Shown: positions 1 through 12,710 of the stretch, piece by piece
Layout of the letters: every line of letters begins with the position of its first letter
How positions within the stretch are numbered: position 1 is the stretch's first letter
Program-made: the position numbers and the translations under genes
The notes under the pieces: generated by a model
The model's database searches: none
What the model was told of the DNA's origin: nothing
The model's input: the letters and a program-made list of their open reading frames with translations, nothing else
Assembly: GCA_036172245.1 (NCBI GenBank)
Contig: JAYWIR010000033.1
Coordinates: 2,418,001-2,465,961 of the forward strand
DNA length: 47,961 bases
Reading direction: 5' to 3'
DNA from: Raillietiella orientalis
Taxonomy: Eukaryota

Positions 1-3000
1 AAAATTAAAGTTTGCACTTCGGAGCGAAAATAGGTGGCGTCAGAGGTATTTTTCCACTACGATCGTTGTGATGATTCTCAATTTCGCACGAGTCGTAGAA
101 CGAAGTCGGCTATGGATGAATACTGGAGTGATAGGGAAATACCAGAAGAGAACCGCATCGGGATCAAAAGTCAATTCTCGGGCTTCCCGAATGCAAACAT
201 AGGATTTTCTCAGCGACCCTCGACCGAAAGAGTGAACTTTCTTCTTACAGTTCCCACATTTTTCGTTTGCGCTATCACAACCGTAGCACATGCTGCCACC
301 CACACTGCAGTTAGAAGCTTTGTGATCTCTGTCATGGCCTTCTACAAAAGCTTCGATCTATGCTTTCTCGACATCGTGACGAATCAGAATGAAAGTAGGA
401 CATCAGGACAATGCATGTTGGAATGGATGACGATGATTGATAGAATGCATAGGGAAATGTGCCTTTTCGAGGTACTGTGAGGACACACTATGAAAACCAA
501 TGCTTTTTAATTGCAGAAGAATTTGGGCAAAAGCCACAAGGTCATAGTAGAGATAAGTGGAAGTTCAGAAAACTGCAAATGCATAACTACCTGTAATGCT
601 CAGCAAAAGTGAGTCCTTTTCAGGCCTGCAGTGCTACACAAAAGTGAGGTCCGTCTGCCGAGGAATTCCTTGTCATCAAAGGCCACCTAAAAGAAGTTGC
701 GTTTTGATATCGCCCATCCATCGCACTGAGATCACGAAAAATAGCTCAATTCGATAGTTTTTGTCAGAGAGCTGATACAGCATTTTTATTCGAAAAGATT
801 ATCGACAAGGGTCTCGATAACGAAGACCATTATAATTAAGTGATGCATTTCGAATGCTGATCCATAAGCAGAATACAGTGAATGCACTGCAGCGTAAAAG
901 CGTTTCTTTGCCTACAGACCGCACACATCTGATTTCCAAGTTCCATCCTCATCACAAATGCAGAAAAAGAATAACTGGAAATGTTCCCCTGAGAGATTGG
1001 AGATATCAAGTAACATATAATCGAAGATAAACAAAGCGATCTCTCCGTGAAACCCGAATATGGGAGGAGAAATGAGGAACCACACGGGTGGTAGAGCTAC
1101 ATCTTCCACTAAAGGCATTTTCATTCCAGGGAGGCAGTAAATGGACGAATTTCATCAGAGGAGGCATCATTCGTGATCATTTGCGTTTTCCGTTCCACAG
1201 CATGCTTGGTGGGTCTCTCCCGCTCATCTCATTGAGTACCGAGAAATGCAACTCAACGTTTGCCGTGAAAAAATGCCATGAGATTGAGGCTCTTTGTGAA
1301 TAAAGGTTTCCTGGAATGTGCGTCCTTGACATCCCATGAAACTCCACAAATCGGGCAATGCTGTTTTCAGCCCCCACCTGACATCTGTTGGGTTTGAATT
1401 TGTTTTTTTCCTTCCTTCTCGAGAGTAGGCATTGGAATCAAGAAAACGAAATTATCTTGAGGGAGTGTTCTTTGCGACCTCACGTTCATCGCAACCGCCT
1501 TATTGGATGTTCGACAGAAAAAGGGGTTTGCACACGGGCAGCACAGCGACTTTTTCTTTCCCTTTGGTGCCGGAATCCAGAAAACCTGCACGCAGCTGTT
1601 GATGCTCGCATCTTCCGAGAGCAGGCACCGAAAGTGGCCCTTAGGTTTTTGCACGTGGAGTGGTTTTTTTGCATGTGGTGGTGATTCGAAGAGACGCTTC
1701 CACATGCAATTCCCACCCGGATGCTACTGACAGCACCACTCGTCATCGAATTAGTGACATGATTGTAAATAACACCCGGAAACGTCTTCCAGATCACCGA
1801 AGTGAGCATGAGCCAACCACGGCGTGTGCAAGGGACACAGTTTCCAGATGGCGTTTGCGTTGCAGTGACTTTTGCGTCAGTGCTCCTATCGCCAAGGTGC
1901 CATCTTTCTGTGAGCTCGAGAAAGCGACAGAGTGCTTGAAATTTTCCGGCGCTCCAGAACCTCATACACACGCTGTTTCACATGTAAGTGTTTGGTTTTC
2001 CTCAAACGCTGGAACGCAGGTGTCAGAAGAACGCAAAGTCTTCAAACTATATGGGACTCCGGATCAAAATCTAGAAAGGTTGAGGGCAACGTCGGAGGAA
2101 GCCACTATTTTCACTTCAGAACACTTGCAGATCAAAAATTCACTAACGTGATGCGTTTGTAGACAATGAAAAGATAACGTGTTTCTTGACTTCATGCCGA
2201 CCGTTAATTTGGGCACATGCGAGAAGTAAAAAAACACTTAAGTTAAATGCAGTGGTGCTTGGTTTTCCTTTAGGCTGTCCTTGGTGAAGAGCTTCTTGCC
2301 TCCGGGGTGCGCTTTTGCGTTCTTTTATGTGTGACTGCAGCGACTGGCGCATGTAACTGCACGCATCGGGCCGGGACTTGCTCTGATTTCTTCCTTCCGC
2401 AACCGGAAAGGATACCTTTTGTTGTGATGTCTGATTGAACTCTCATTCCAAAGATCAGGCTGCGAGGAGGAGGATCCTCTGTAGATAGCGCAAGCAGCCT
2501 CCAAAGGTTGAATGGAGACCTTTCGATGTAGAGTGCGTGCATTGCTTGCATCTGAGTTCACTGGCATGAGAAAATACAAGATAGAGCACGTCTTTGATGA
2601 ATGGGTCTTATTGTATGCATCCGCCCATTCAGTATCACGTGGTTTTCTTCAGAACCATATCCATAGCCAACACGTTTGCTGCAAGCACGCATTACGTCGT
2701 CCGTTTGGACGCAGCTGCTCTTTCCACCTTCATTCGTTATTCCTAGTCGAACGGAACTGGCATCGCCCGCTGCCAGGAGCTCAGTACGCATGCGCGAAAG
2801 GTTCAAGCAGTGCATCCGGATCATAGGAAATGAGGGCACGCGGTCAGTAAGGTGCGCTTTTTGCACGGAGAGTTGCCTCTCCTTAGCAACGCATCCCGCT
2901 GGAACGGAAAGGATCTTTTGTCTAACGTGGATTTCAGGATTGCAGTCTGGGCGTCGTCGAACCCAGCTTCTCTTCTATTTCAGCAGAAATGCCTGCATGC

Positions 3001-6000
3001 ATACTCAGTGCTGCTCAGTCCTAATAGTGCTTTTGCAAGCAGCTGAGTGGTCAACGCAGTATTGTCTTCCTGGAAATGGAAATGGTAGCTGCCAGAAAGG
3101 GTACTAACGTTACTTGCTTCGGGAAGTGCCGCATTTCCGTTTGTGCACTTTTCTCGCCTCTTCTTGGCATGAGCTTCGGAGCCAGACCCGTGGAGGTGGA
3201 AACCTATCGTCGCGAGTGCCTTCTGATGCCTGGCAGACTTCCACTTCAGAAAGTGCCTCCAGCTGTAGAGCAGGATTCCCGTCCTTGATCCCTTAATGAT
3301 GTCATATCACCTGGCGTGAGCATGGTAGGAAGGACCGCCGATTTGAGTCTCGAAAAGTTTTGCTGAGCAAGATTTTGGCAAGTGTGGCTGAAAGCGGTTC
3401 CTGCGGAAACAAGAAATGGATTCAGTGTCAGTCCAACACTGCCTTTCTCCGCACTCATTTTGATGATGTTGCCGCCTTGCAAAGGTGTTTTCTTGGGCCG
3501 ATATTTGCGTGAAGCATACATGCAGCTACACAAGTGTGTCAGTCATTGGTCTGAAATGAGAGCAGTCTCTGACAACAGGATGGTTGCTGCTCTGCGAGCA
3601 GACGTGTAGCATTGTGGCAGGTGCTAATTTAACAGGGGATTTGTAGAGAGATTTTATGCTAGTGCGCCCTGCAGCTTTGGTCAGCTCTTCAGTGCACAGG
3701 AGTCCTTTGCTGTTGTTTTTATTAGTCACGGCATCAATGAGGTTGCCTGCATGGCACCTCTGTTCTCCCTTGTTGGTCGCAGAGGAGCGAGCGCCGATGG
3801 AATAAGATGTGCTATAAAAACATGGAAGTCCTCTTTTCTTCTACGACAGTTTCTCGGGTTGCATTTTCATTTTAATAAGCTGAGATTTTGCATGTACTGT
3901 TCTTTCGCTCCTCAAGAAATGACCAACAACATTTGGAAACATACAGATGCTTCCAAGTGTTTGTGAAGAAGCGCGTCTTTTTTTTTATAGGGTTCATTTT
4001 TTCTATCGTGCTTTCTGCCGAATAATCCTCAGACCTTTGATTTCGCATCGTTGCAGCGTCTGCGAACTTGGGTCTTCGATTTGCTATGCAGCGGCTGCTT
4101 CCGCAGCTGCCAGTGGACGTCTACCTTTTTCCTGAAAAAGTTGCACAACTGCTACTGTGATCTGACGTAGACTTCGTGCGAGCTTGCAAGCACGCCATGT
4201 TATGGTGGCTTTCTTAGTCAAGAGGGCAACATCACTTTCCTCTTCAAATCACATCCCGGTCGAGAAGAACTGGCCGCAATAGTTCGCAATGTTGGACTGT
4301 TTTAATGGAAAGAACGCCTCCTTGCTAGGAGCCACCGTGAATCCTGGAAGAAGTTTGGTTCGTTCTAAGGACTTCCTGAAAATTGCAGTACATTAGTGGA
4401 TCTCTGGAAAGATGTCCGTTTTGGCCGCCATGAATGAATTCTTGCATGCGCGCATGGGCACTCATTTACGCGTTTAGCACGATCCACTACTGAGCGAATG
4501 CCTTTCGCGAACATCTCACGAAGAACAGATTAGGGAGTTTGGTTTGCTGCTAAAGCATCTTTGCGGACCGCGTGTTTGTTCTCAGTGTATGGTCATAAAG
4601 GGAATGTTACTTCTTTCAGGGAGAAAAGCACAACCTTCTGTTCACTTGGATTCATTCTTTACAGAGGAAAAGTAGTGTCTTTGCAGACGGATCATGTTCC
4701 TCGCAATTCTCCTGCTCGTCCCTTGCTCTCTTCGAATTACATATTCAACCTTGTGACCTCTACCTGCCCTTGTCACAGGATTAACAGTGAAGCCACAAAC
4801 TTCAGTCGTTCCAATAACGAAAGCAGAAGTTCCTCATTCTGCATTCCTCTCGTAGAAAGAGGATGCTGCTCACTGAATTAATAGGCCAGCATGAGATAGT
4901 TTGCTAAATCCAATACGCGTGTTTGCAGTCTCTCCATTTTTCAGGAAAGCGCATTATGACGATGCACTCTGCTATGAGGCAGTCTTAGAAGGCACCAACA
5001 AACTCACCAAATGTGCTCCGACAAGAGATCGCTATCAACTGGTGCACCTATGGGAGTTCCTTCTTCTTTTCCTGGATATCCGAATGAAATGCAGCATTTG
5101 GCTCGAGTTTCTGCAGTGCTTCGATACCCAACACCGAACTCTGATCACCACCTGAGACCACATGAGCAAGCACGTGTCGTTTTTCCACGGCGTTTCTCAT
5201 TTTTCTCTCTTTGTGAGTACAATGGCTTTACAAATGTTCTTCCCAAATTAATGAGTCCATCACTACATTCATCGCTACTTTCAGTTCTGCAAGCCTCGAG
5301 ATGAGGCAACGGTACCAAATAACATGTACCTCAGCAATACCGATGATTTAGGCACTTTCCAACCTTTGCAGGGTTACGAGGTCTTCGTCTACTGAGGGTC
5401 ACGTCATGAGTCCAGATTGTCTGATGACTTGGAGCAATGCCGACCATTCGTTCTGTTGAAGAACATCAAGTTTTTGCATACATAGATCTCTCACAGCTTG
5501 AGCGTAGAGCACACAAATTGCTGCGTTTGCAAGGCGGAAGGAATTTTCGCAAATCAAGTTCCGGTCCAGAAAATGCCTTCGAACAAATCAAATTCTTCTA
5601 GCCGTCCTCTGGAAATCATGCCAGCTCAGCGAGATCCAAACATAAATATATACTCACAGATCTCGCATTTGCTGCCGTGATTCCAAATTTTGCAAGTGGC
5701 ACCAATCGTCGCAGGTTCCAATATCCGTGTGGGGCCGATTCTATTCGAGAATTTCAACAAGTGGTTCGTTTGCTCAAAATTTGTGTGGTGGCTGTGGACG
5801 CGGCGGCATTGCAGCAGAATCTTCGGACATCGCCGCTTTAGAGGACGCACGTGGTGTCACGACTTTACTAATAGCCCCAATAAAAGCGGGAGCTATCGCT
5901 TCTAAGATTAGAAGTCCTGGAAATACAAGGACACGAAGCCAAGTTATCTCGTATACCACACGCGTCCATTAGCACGATATAAATGCCGTTATATGTAAAA

Positions 6001-6289
6001 TTTTTTGGTTTACCATGCTGGATTAGGAAGACTGATTCGGTTTACTATTAGTTGTGCTGTCCTTGGTGGTGAGTTTGCTCAATCAAGTAGGGAAACTCCG
6101 AAGAACTGTCTGTGGTTAGCAAGAATACAGTCGTTGAGGTAATCTGCGAAGCTGCAGCTCTCGCTCAGCAACAGTTGAACATTGCCATAAAAATCCAGGC
6201 CAAGAGACTCTAACGGTAGACCACTGAGTAGTGGTGTGCCTATGAGGTCTGCGACTGCGGTTGCACGAGCGCGTAGCTTTCCGTCGACT

Positions 6290-6610
6290 TGGAAAGTATG
6301 TGAGGGTGCTCTAGAGCTAAGTCGCTTTAATCTGCCATGGCAGATTGGTTGCACTTGCTCGTCCTTGGCTTCACTCCAAGCGGCCACGATGCCACGGATG
6401 CAGCTGAGCGTTGCTACGACAAAAGCTGGGTGCAGGGCGTCCCGCACGAAGAGAAGAAGCAAAACGTCTCTAAGAGGGCTACCTTCTACGATCCCTAGGG
6501 TCGTACCAAACGTTCCCAATGGGGCCGGAGGGCAACACAGTCAACTAAGAGGTGCGGGAGGGATTCCCGCTCCCCATATCGGGCACAGTTGGGATTCACA
6601 CCTGTGTCCT
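6290..6610 (-). mobile_element. LINE ORF2 C-terminal fragment (family A)
   Basis: Minus strand reads NPNCARYGERESLPHLLVDCVALRP then DALHPAFVVATLSCIRGIVAAWS, matching the ORF2 C-terminus at 9183-9600. Boundaries approximate. Confidence 0.8.
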
Positions 6611-6673
6611 TCTAGGGAGCGGAAGTGGTGTTGCATCGAACAGTGGTCTGGTGTGTGGGAGCACCGGTGTCCC

Positions 6674-7561
6674 ATGGCAGAAATGCCTGAGGACACCGCG
6701 ATGGAAATTGGAGGAGGAGAAGCGACTTGCTCTTCTCCACCCATGAAAGTGGGGACATCCGCCCCCACGGAATCCAGGGCACTTGCCCCATCGGAATTGG
6801 GGACAACCGCCCCTTCGCGACCCTCTTCGCCATTGGCGAGGAGTTGGAGTGCCGTCGTTGCTGCACCATCCCCGGCTGCAGTAGCGGAGCAGACTGCCTA
6901 CAAGGACAGCGGCTACAAACCGTCGCTGATCTATAAGGTAGGCAGTGTGTTCGACAAGAAAATTGCACGCTCCTTTGAAATGGAGCTGCAAAGACTGAAT
7001 GTGAGGGAGGAAGACCTCGAGGGCCTCTCCGTCCTAGGTGGGGGGCAGAGAGTTGAGCTGACTTGCAGAGAGGCAAGTCTGGCTCAGTGCCTGCTGAACA
7101 CCCCCATTACGGTGGACGGCCGCATGATCTTCCCTGTGACGAAGGACCGCTCCGCTGTGGTCCACCTCACGGGCGTAGCACTCCGAATGGACGGAACCAG
7201 CGTCCATGAGGAGTTGTCAAAACATAGTAGTGTGCACGTGTATTGGGTCAAACCCAATGTTTTCCGGACGTACGGAAGGCTATTCAGTGGGATAACCGCA
7301 GCCCGCGTCACGCTACCAGAGAATGGTGGGCTTCCCCACAAACTAAATATCGGCGAAGAAAAAGTCGATGTTTGGTACGTGGGAAAGCCCAAGTATTGTG
7401 GCCACTGCGATGCTATAGGGCACTTAAAAAAACGGTGCCCTAACATCCAATGCCCCTTATGTAGTAATAAGGGTCACATCCGCAAGGTGTGCCCAAAAAG
7501 AGAAATTCCGGCCCCACCCGCTGCCAAAAAGGCAAAGGCACGGGAGAGGCGAATAACTTGA
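6674..7561 (+). pseudogene. LINE ORF1 (nucleic-acid-binding, two CCHC knuckles), probably prematurely terminated
   Basis: CGHCDAIGHLKKRC and CPLCSNKGHIRKVC. Start MAEMPEDTAME is shared with copies near 40788 and 43120. ORF1-like low-complexity sequence continues past the stop to ~8375. Confidence 0.85.
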
Positions 7562-8379
7562 AACAGGCTGGAAAAAGCCAGATGCCAGTCACTAAGCCCT
7601 CCCAGCAAACGTCGGTTGAGAGCACCCCCGACGACGCTGGTGACGGCGAAGGCTAACAGACGGTACAGCTAAGAAGAAAACCCTTGAGACCCGAACGAAA
7701 CGCGGTAAAAACAAAAACGAAGCGCGGAAAACCGTGAAGCGAAAATCTCCGCGCGTGTTCGGTAAAATTAGGACGTGTGGAGGCACCCGATGCCGCCACC
7801 GGGGGAGCAATCCCCCCCTCGCGTCCGCCAAAGCCGCGACGGTCGATGGCGAACCCTCTGGGGAAACAGAGAGGGAACCGCGCGCCGCGCTCGACGCGAT
7901 CGAGGAGGCCGCCTTCCAGCAGGCGGTGGAAGAAATCGCGGCTGAACTGCAAGGCCGTGAGAAGAACTCCCGGAAAGGCTTACGAAGACCGGCCGCGAGG
8001 AAGGCTCCGTATGCAGATGAGGCCGATCCGGACGTCGGAAGTGCGTCCTCTTCAGCGAAGGCGCCACCAAAGGAGACGGGACGTAATTCCCAGAATCCAA
8101 GGAGGCACATCCGGATCAAGGAGGAGGCGTATGAACCGGCCTCCGAGGGGGAAGCCGGCAGCGTGGGAGGCGAGGGTGATAATCTCTCATTCCCCGACAG
8201 CATGCAGCTCGCGACCCCCATGAAGGAGGAAGTGCAGGTGGGTGAACCTTCCTTCCTCTGCACGGCCCTGACGACGATTCGGCACCCATGGAGGGAGAAG
8301 CGGTGCGCGACGCACCAATTCCTCCTACGTCCCGCCCGACCAGGTGGCGGAAGCCCCATTGCCACTTTCCAAGGAGTAA

Positions 8380-8972
8380 CACCTGGGCTCGCCAGTCGCC
8401 GTCGGATTCGCGCGGCCTGTTGGAATGTCAACGGGCTGCGCGACGACGGTAACAGGCGAGATACAGCCGTCACCCTTCGAGTGCTCGACCTGGCCCTGCT
8501 GCAGGAGATCAACGTGAACACCGCGGCAGACGTCGAGGAGATCGAGTCGATGGCGGGGGGTCGGCTGTACTGGCAATGCGGCATCCGCAACACCTGCGGG
8601 GTCGCGTTCTTCGTGAAGCCGGCCATCGACGCTGCCGTGAAGGGAGTGCGCTTCGTTGACGACGGTCGGGTCGGTTAGCTGATTCTCGGCTGGTCCGACT
8701 CGATCGATCTGATCGTCACGAATGGGTACGCCCCAACCGGTCAAAAGGGATACAGCAACCGTACCAGGCTGCTGGAATCCCTGAAGCGCGACTGGCTGGC
8801 CAACACGAGCGTGCGGAAGTATCACCTGATAGCGGGAGATTTCAATCTCCGGGCGCTGCAAAGCCAGGCTGCTGCGAAAGTCACAGCCGCAGGCAAGAAG
8901 AACTGGCGCCGACGGCAGGAGGGAACGCCAGGTGCCTTGGCGGTCGCGGTCAATCTCCACAAGGCGTTCGAT
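8380..8972 (+). pseudogene. APE endonuclease remnant fused by deletion to an RT fragment
   Basis: RIRAACWNVNGL, LALLQEI, TCGVAF, stop at 8678, HLIAGDFNLR, then GALAVAVNLHKAFD. Confidence 0.85.
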
Positions 8973-11900
8973 TTTCACCCAGAATTCGCCGGGGCGTTTA
9001 TTCTAAAATAAACATTTACAAAGACATGCAGTGACTGGACCATTGCTCTAGCCACGCACGAAGAAACACAGAGCCTGCAGAGTCACCGGTTCGCTGACCG
9101 GCACGGTCCACCACGGCAGCAGCGGGAAAGATGAAAAACAAAACAAAAAGAAAAGAAAAAACTGGGAGGGTACGGGAAGGGATCACAGTTGCTGGTGGGG
9201 CCGTTGCATCCTTTGCAGGATGCCGGCAAGCTCTTGCTGCATGCGTGGATCCAGGTGAGGCCATCGCGACGCTCTCCTCAGGAACTGGGAGGCTGGCTGG
9301 ATGGCACCCTGGTCGTGCTGTCCTCCCGTAGCCTTGCTCCAAGCGGTGAAGATACCGCGTAGGCAGCACAAAGCTGCAAACGAGGCCGCTGGCCGAAGGG
9401 CGTCGGCAACGAAGAGGGCTTTCAGTGCGTCCCTGGAGTTGCCGCAGGGGATTCCGATGGCCGCGGCAAAGAGAAACCTAAGGGGCCGAAGGGCAACACA
9501 ATCCACTAGCAGGTGGGGGAGGAACTCCCGTTGCCCACACCTGACGCAATTGGGGTCCACCGCTCCCCAGGTCCAGTGGTGTCGGCGAACGTTGCAGGGG
9601 AGTCCCCAGTGCTGCAACAGCAGAGCCGACTCCTGCCATTTTAAGGGGAGGGCGGAAGTGTTCATAAGCACCGGGGGCCACTTCAGATGTTCAATGGGAA
9701 CATCGAGCAGCGCGCCCCAGCGCAGAAGTCCATTGGGAGGCGTACTCGGGGACGCAGCGTCTGTCAACTGTCCCGTCTTCCACTCTCCTATCTTCTTCTC
9801 CTTTCCGGAGATTTTTACTGTAACCTCCCACTTCGCCGCAACATCGCTGTCCAGACCTTCCATCAGGGAGGGCAGCGCAGCAGCGAGGGAAGTTCTTCCT
9901 GCCAACGCTCTCTTCTTTGGATCCTTCAGGATCTCGCGGAGCGTGCACCTTCTGTAACCCCCAAACAGGAACCTTTGTTCCTGTTGGGAGCGTTGCATGC
10001 CGAACTGTCCCAACGTTCGAACGGTTTCCTGCAACCAGGCACTACCGTTCAAAGGGCGAAAGGTGACCAATCCTGGTTTTTTCCGGTACAGCGCAGCCAC
10101 CCTCCGTAGCTGGAGTCCGCATCGGTTGACGCGGCGACGGAGTGCAAGAAACGACGTCAGTCCCGTCTTGCCGGTGGCTTGCTGGAAAAGGAGACGTGCA
10201 GGGACGCACCAACAGGTACACCACAACTTTGAAACAAGTGCCGAAATTCGGAACTAAAGCTGAAGCTTCAGCCGCTCCAGCGTCAGAAGGCCCAGACCAC
10301 CGTCCCGAAGAGGAGCGCACAAGTCCATTAAGCGCACACAAGCCCTCCCGTTGCCCCGAAGGGCGATACGGAGGAGGTCCTTTGTCCGCTTTCTAATTCT
10401 CTCTGTGGAGGGGCAAACAAAAAGCAGGGGGCGGAGAAGAGGAGCCGCGAACGTGTTCCAAACCACGGCCCGTTCAAGCAGGAAAAACCTGCCGCCTCAG
10501 AACGGGCCGATCGCCGTCTCTACTTTTTGGAGGCAGTTGGACCACGCTTCCGCAGGGGAGTAGTCTCCCTACAACACACCAGGTACTCGAAGTACCTCAC
10601 CGTGGGGATCCCCAAACGGACCCAGTCCTGCTGCCCTGCCCAGGCCGCACCAACTGGCATCACGGACGACTTCGCCCTGTTCACCGTAAGTCCGGTTCCC
10701 CGATGCAGCAGGCAGAAGAAGTCCTCGATCGCCGAAGCCGGGGTGGACATAGGGAGCAGCAGCAGAAGGTCGTCCGCGTACGCTGAAACGGCCGGCGTAC
10801 CGGCGCAGTCGTGCGGCAGGTGCGCCAGAGTTCCCCTGTACGCTCTCAGTACCAACTCAAAGTAGGTACTGAAGAGCAAGGGGCTCAGGCTGTCTCCCTG
10901 CCGGATCCCACGGCGCACCGGCACGCCGTGCACGGTCTGCCCGCTGAAAGTAACATTGATGAGCGCGTCGCGCCAGCAGGAGCGCAGATAGGCCAATAAT
11001 GAGGCCGGGAAGCCCAAGCGTTCCAGAAGCTCCAGAAGGAGATTCTGGTCTACGAAATCGAATGCTTTTCGCAAGTCGATTGCGACCGCAAGGGCTCCCT
11101 CCCCCACCCGACCATCCGACCCCTTGCCGGCGCACGCACCTAAATTCCGGCTGCGCACCAAGCTCCTTTCTTGTTGGAGCTCTAGCCAGGTGGAAGCGTG
11201 GAACAGGTTCGCCTCCATGCTTCGCCCGGGAACAGCATATGTCTGTTCCGGGCTGATGAAGATGCTGGCAACCCGTCCCAGACGCTCTGCCCAAACCTTT
11301 GCTAGCAACTTGGCGTCCGCATTCACTATTGTGATGGGACGCCAGTTGTTCATGCTCCTCAGATCTCCTCCCTTAGGGAGGAGCCGCACCTTTGTTGAAC
11401 GAAACGAGGCGGGAACGTCACCTGTTTCGCGTATCAGCAAGGTGAGTTGCTGTACCAGGGGGGTAAGCTCAGCCGCGAAAGTTTGATGAAACTCCGCGGG
11501 TAGGCCGTCCCCCCCTGGAGCCTTTCTCCTCTTCAGCTTTCCGATGGCCGAGAGGATCTCGTTCATCGTGAAAGGCTGGTCGAGGATCTTTCTCTGCTCC
11601 TCCCCGATCGCTGGAGCGCCTTCCGGAAGCAGGAGTCGTGAGACGTTATTCTCCGGAGGTGCCCTGGCATACAAAGAGGAGTAGTAACTCCGCAGCAGGC
11701 CGCGGATTTGGGCAGGTGCCGAGTGCTCCTGGCCCTGATCGTCCAGCAAGCTGGCCGATCCGGACTGCCAGGCTTGCATCTCGGCTCCCGCTTTGTATTC
11801 CGCCAGCCTGCAAATGTCGGAGGTCCTGGCGTAACGACAAACCTGCAGGTAGGCTCGTTCTTTACGGACCCCGGTCCCAAAACCCATAGGTAGGCGGTGC

Positions 11901-12020
11901 AGAGGGAACTGGTCGCAGAACTCCTGGACCGACAGCTTGAAGCGGTCCAAATCCTGGAGTGTCCGCAGCCTGAAGCTCAGTATGAACGTGCGGAGATGTT
12001 TCGCTGCGTCCGGTAGCCTC
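8973..12020 (-). mobile_element. 5'-truncated family-A LINE (RT, C-terminal domain, 3'UTR, terminal hairpin)
   Basis: ORFs 10520-11950 and 9183-10226, U-rich 3'UTR, AATAAA at 9002-8997 followed by the conserved hairpin. Confidence 0.92.
9183..11950 (-). pseudogene. LINE ORF2 reverse transcriptase plus C-terminal zinc finger, frameshifted
   Basis: KAPGGDG, LLPKGGD, NWRPIT, DLRKAFD, GIRQGDSLSPLLF, AYADD, CVRCGQREFLPHLLVDC; frame breaks between 10226 and 10580. Confidence 0.93.
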
Positions 12021-12710
12021 TTGAGCTTTCAGATGGCCGAGATGATCTTGCCCATCGTAAAAGGCTCGTCGAGAGACTTTCTATCTTCCTCTCCGATCGC
12101 CGGAGCGCCTTCCGGAAGAAGTCGCGAGACATCCTAGTCCAGTGAAGCGCGCGCGTACAGGTAGGAGTAGAATTTTTTTTCTAAGCCTTTTTACTAAGCG
12201 CCACGCAGATGACGGGGTTCCCTAATCGCGTGGGCGCACCTCGAGTACGATCCGGTCACGGTCCGACAGTTTCGAAGGGAACTTGCCGCGCCTGCCCACG
12301 CGTGAGCATAGGTGCTGGTCAAGGAACACGTGATCTATGCAGTCGGCGATTTCCTGATCTCCCGCGAACAAGTTGCGCGTGTGCATCTCTGCGCACAGCA
12401 CGTTCACGCGATTCCGAAGAGTGTCGGACGCACCTGACCGCAGGTGCAGGTTAAAGTCACCTGCGACTAGGTGCGCTTTGCGCACTCCCGCTCCGTCCAG
12501 ATATTCACGCCTCAGGGTAAGGAAGAAATCTCTCCGCGCCTTTGCCCTTAGCGCGTCGCTGCCGCTTGGGGCGTACACGTTGGTAAGGACCGGATGGATG
12601 GAGTCGGACCACCTGATGTTCAACTGCATGACGCGACTGGCACTATCGAAACCCACGCCTTTGCCGGAGCCTCTACAGCTGGACGAAGCGGGAACGCGTC
12701 ACCGCAAGAT
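12021..12710 (-). mobile_element. Family-A ORF2 fragments (pre-RT piece and APE endonuclease)
   Basis: 12021-12170 resembles 11530-11686; ORF 12222-12656 has TNVYAPSG, AGDFN, IDHVFLD. Confidence 0.8.

Larger units (their letters stand above)
6611..8972 (+). mobile_element. Family-A LINE 5' part: 5'UTR, ORF1, endonuclease, internal deletion into RT, cut by an antisense insertion
   Basis: ORF1 from ATG 6674; EN motifs WNVNGL, LQE, GDFN at 8420-8850; then a jump to the RT motif ALAVAVNLHKAFD ending at 8972. Confidence 0.85.

Noticed and set aside
34..5972. Short ORFs in the left flank, and the antisense shadow ORFs elsewhere in the window
   Set aside because: No recognisable motifs; consistent with chance ORFs.
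6236..6673. N-terminal extension of the 441-aa ORF
   Set aside because: It is the antisense strand of an ORF2 remnant plus 5'UTR; homologous copies start at the 6674 ATG.
10520..11950. Bacterial RT system (retron, group II intron, DGR or CRISPR-RT)
   Set aside because: APE endonuclease, CCHC ORF1, AATAAA signals and TSDs indicate eukaryotic LINEs; I saw no repeat-spacer arrays or bacterial genes.
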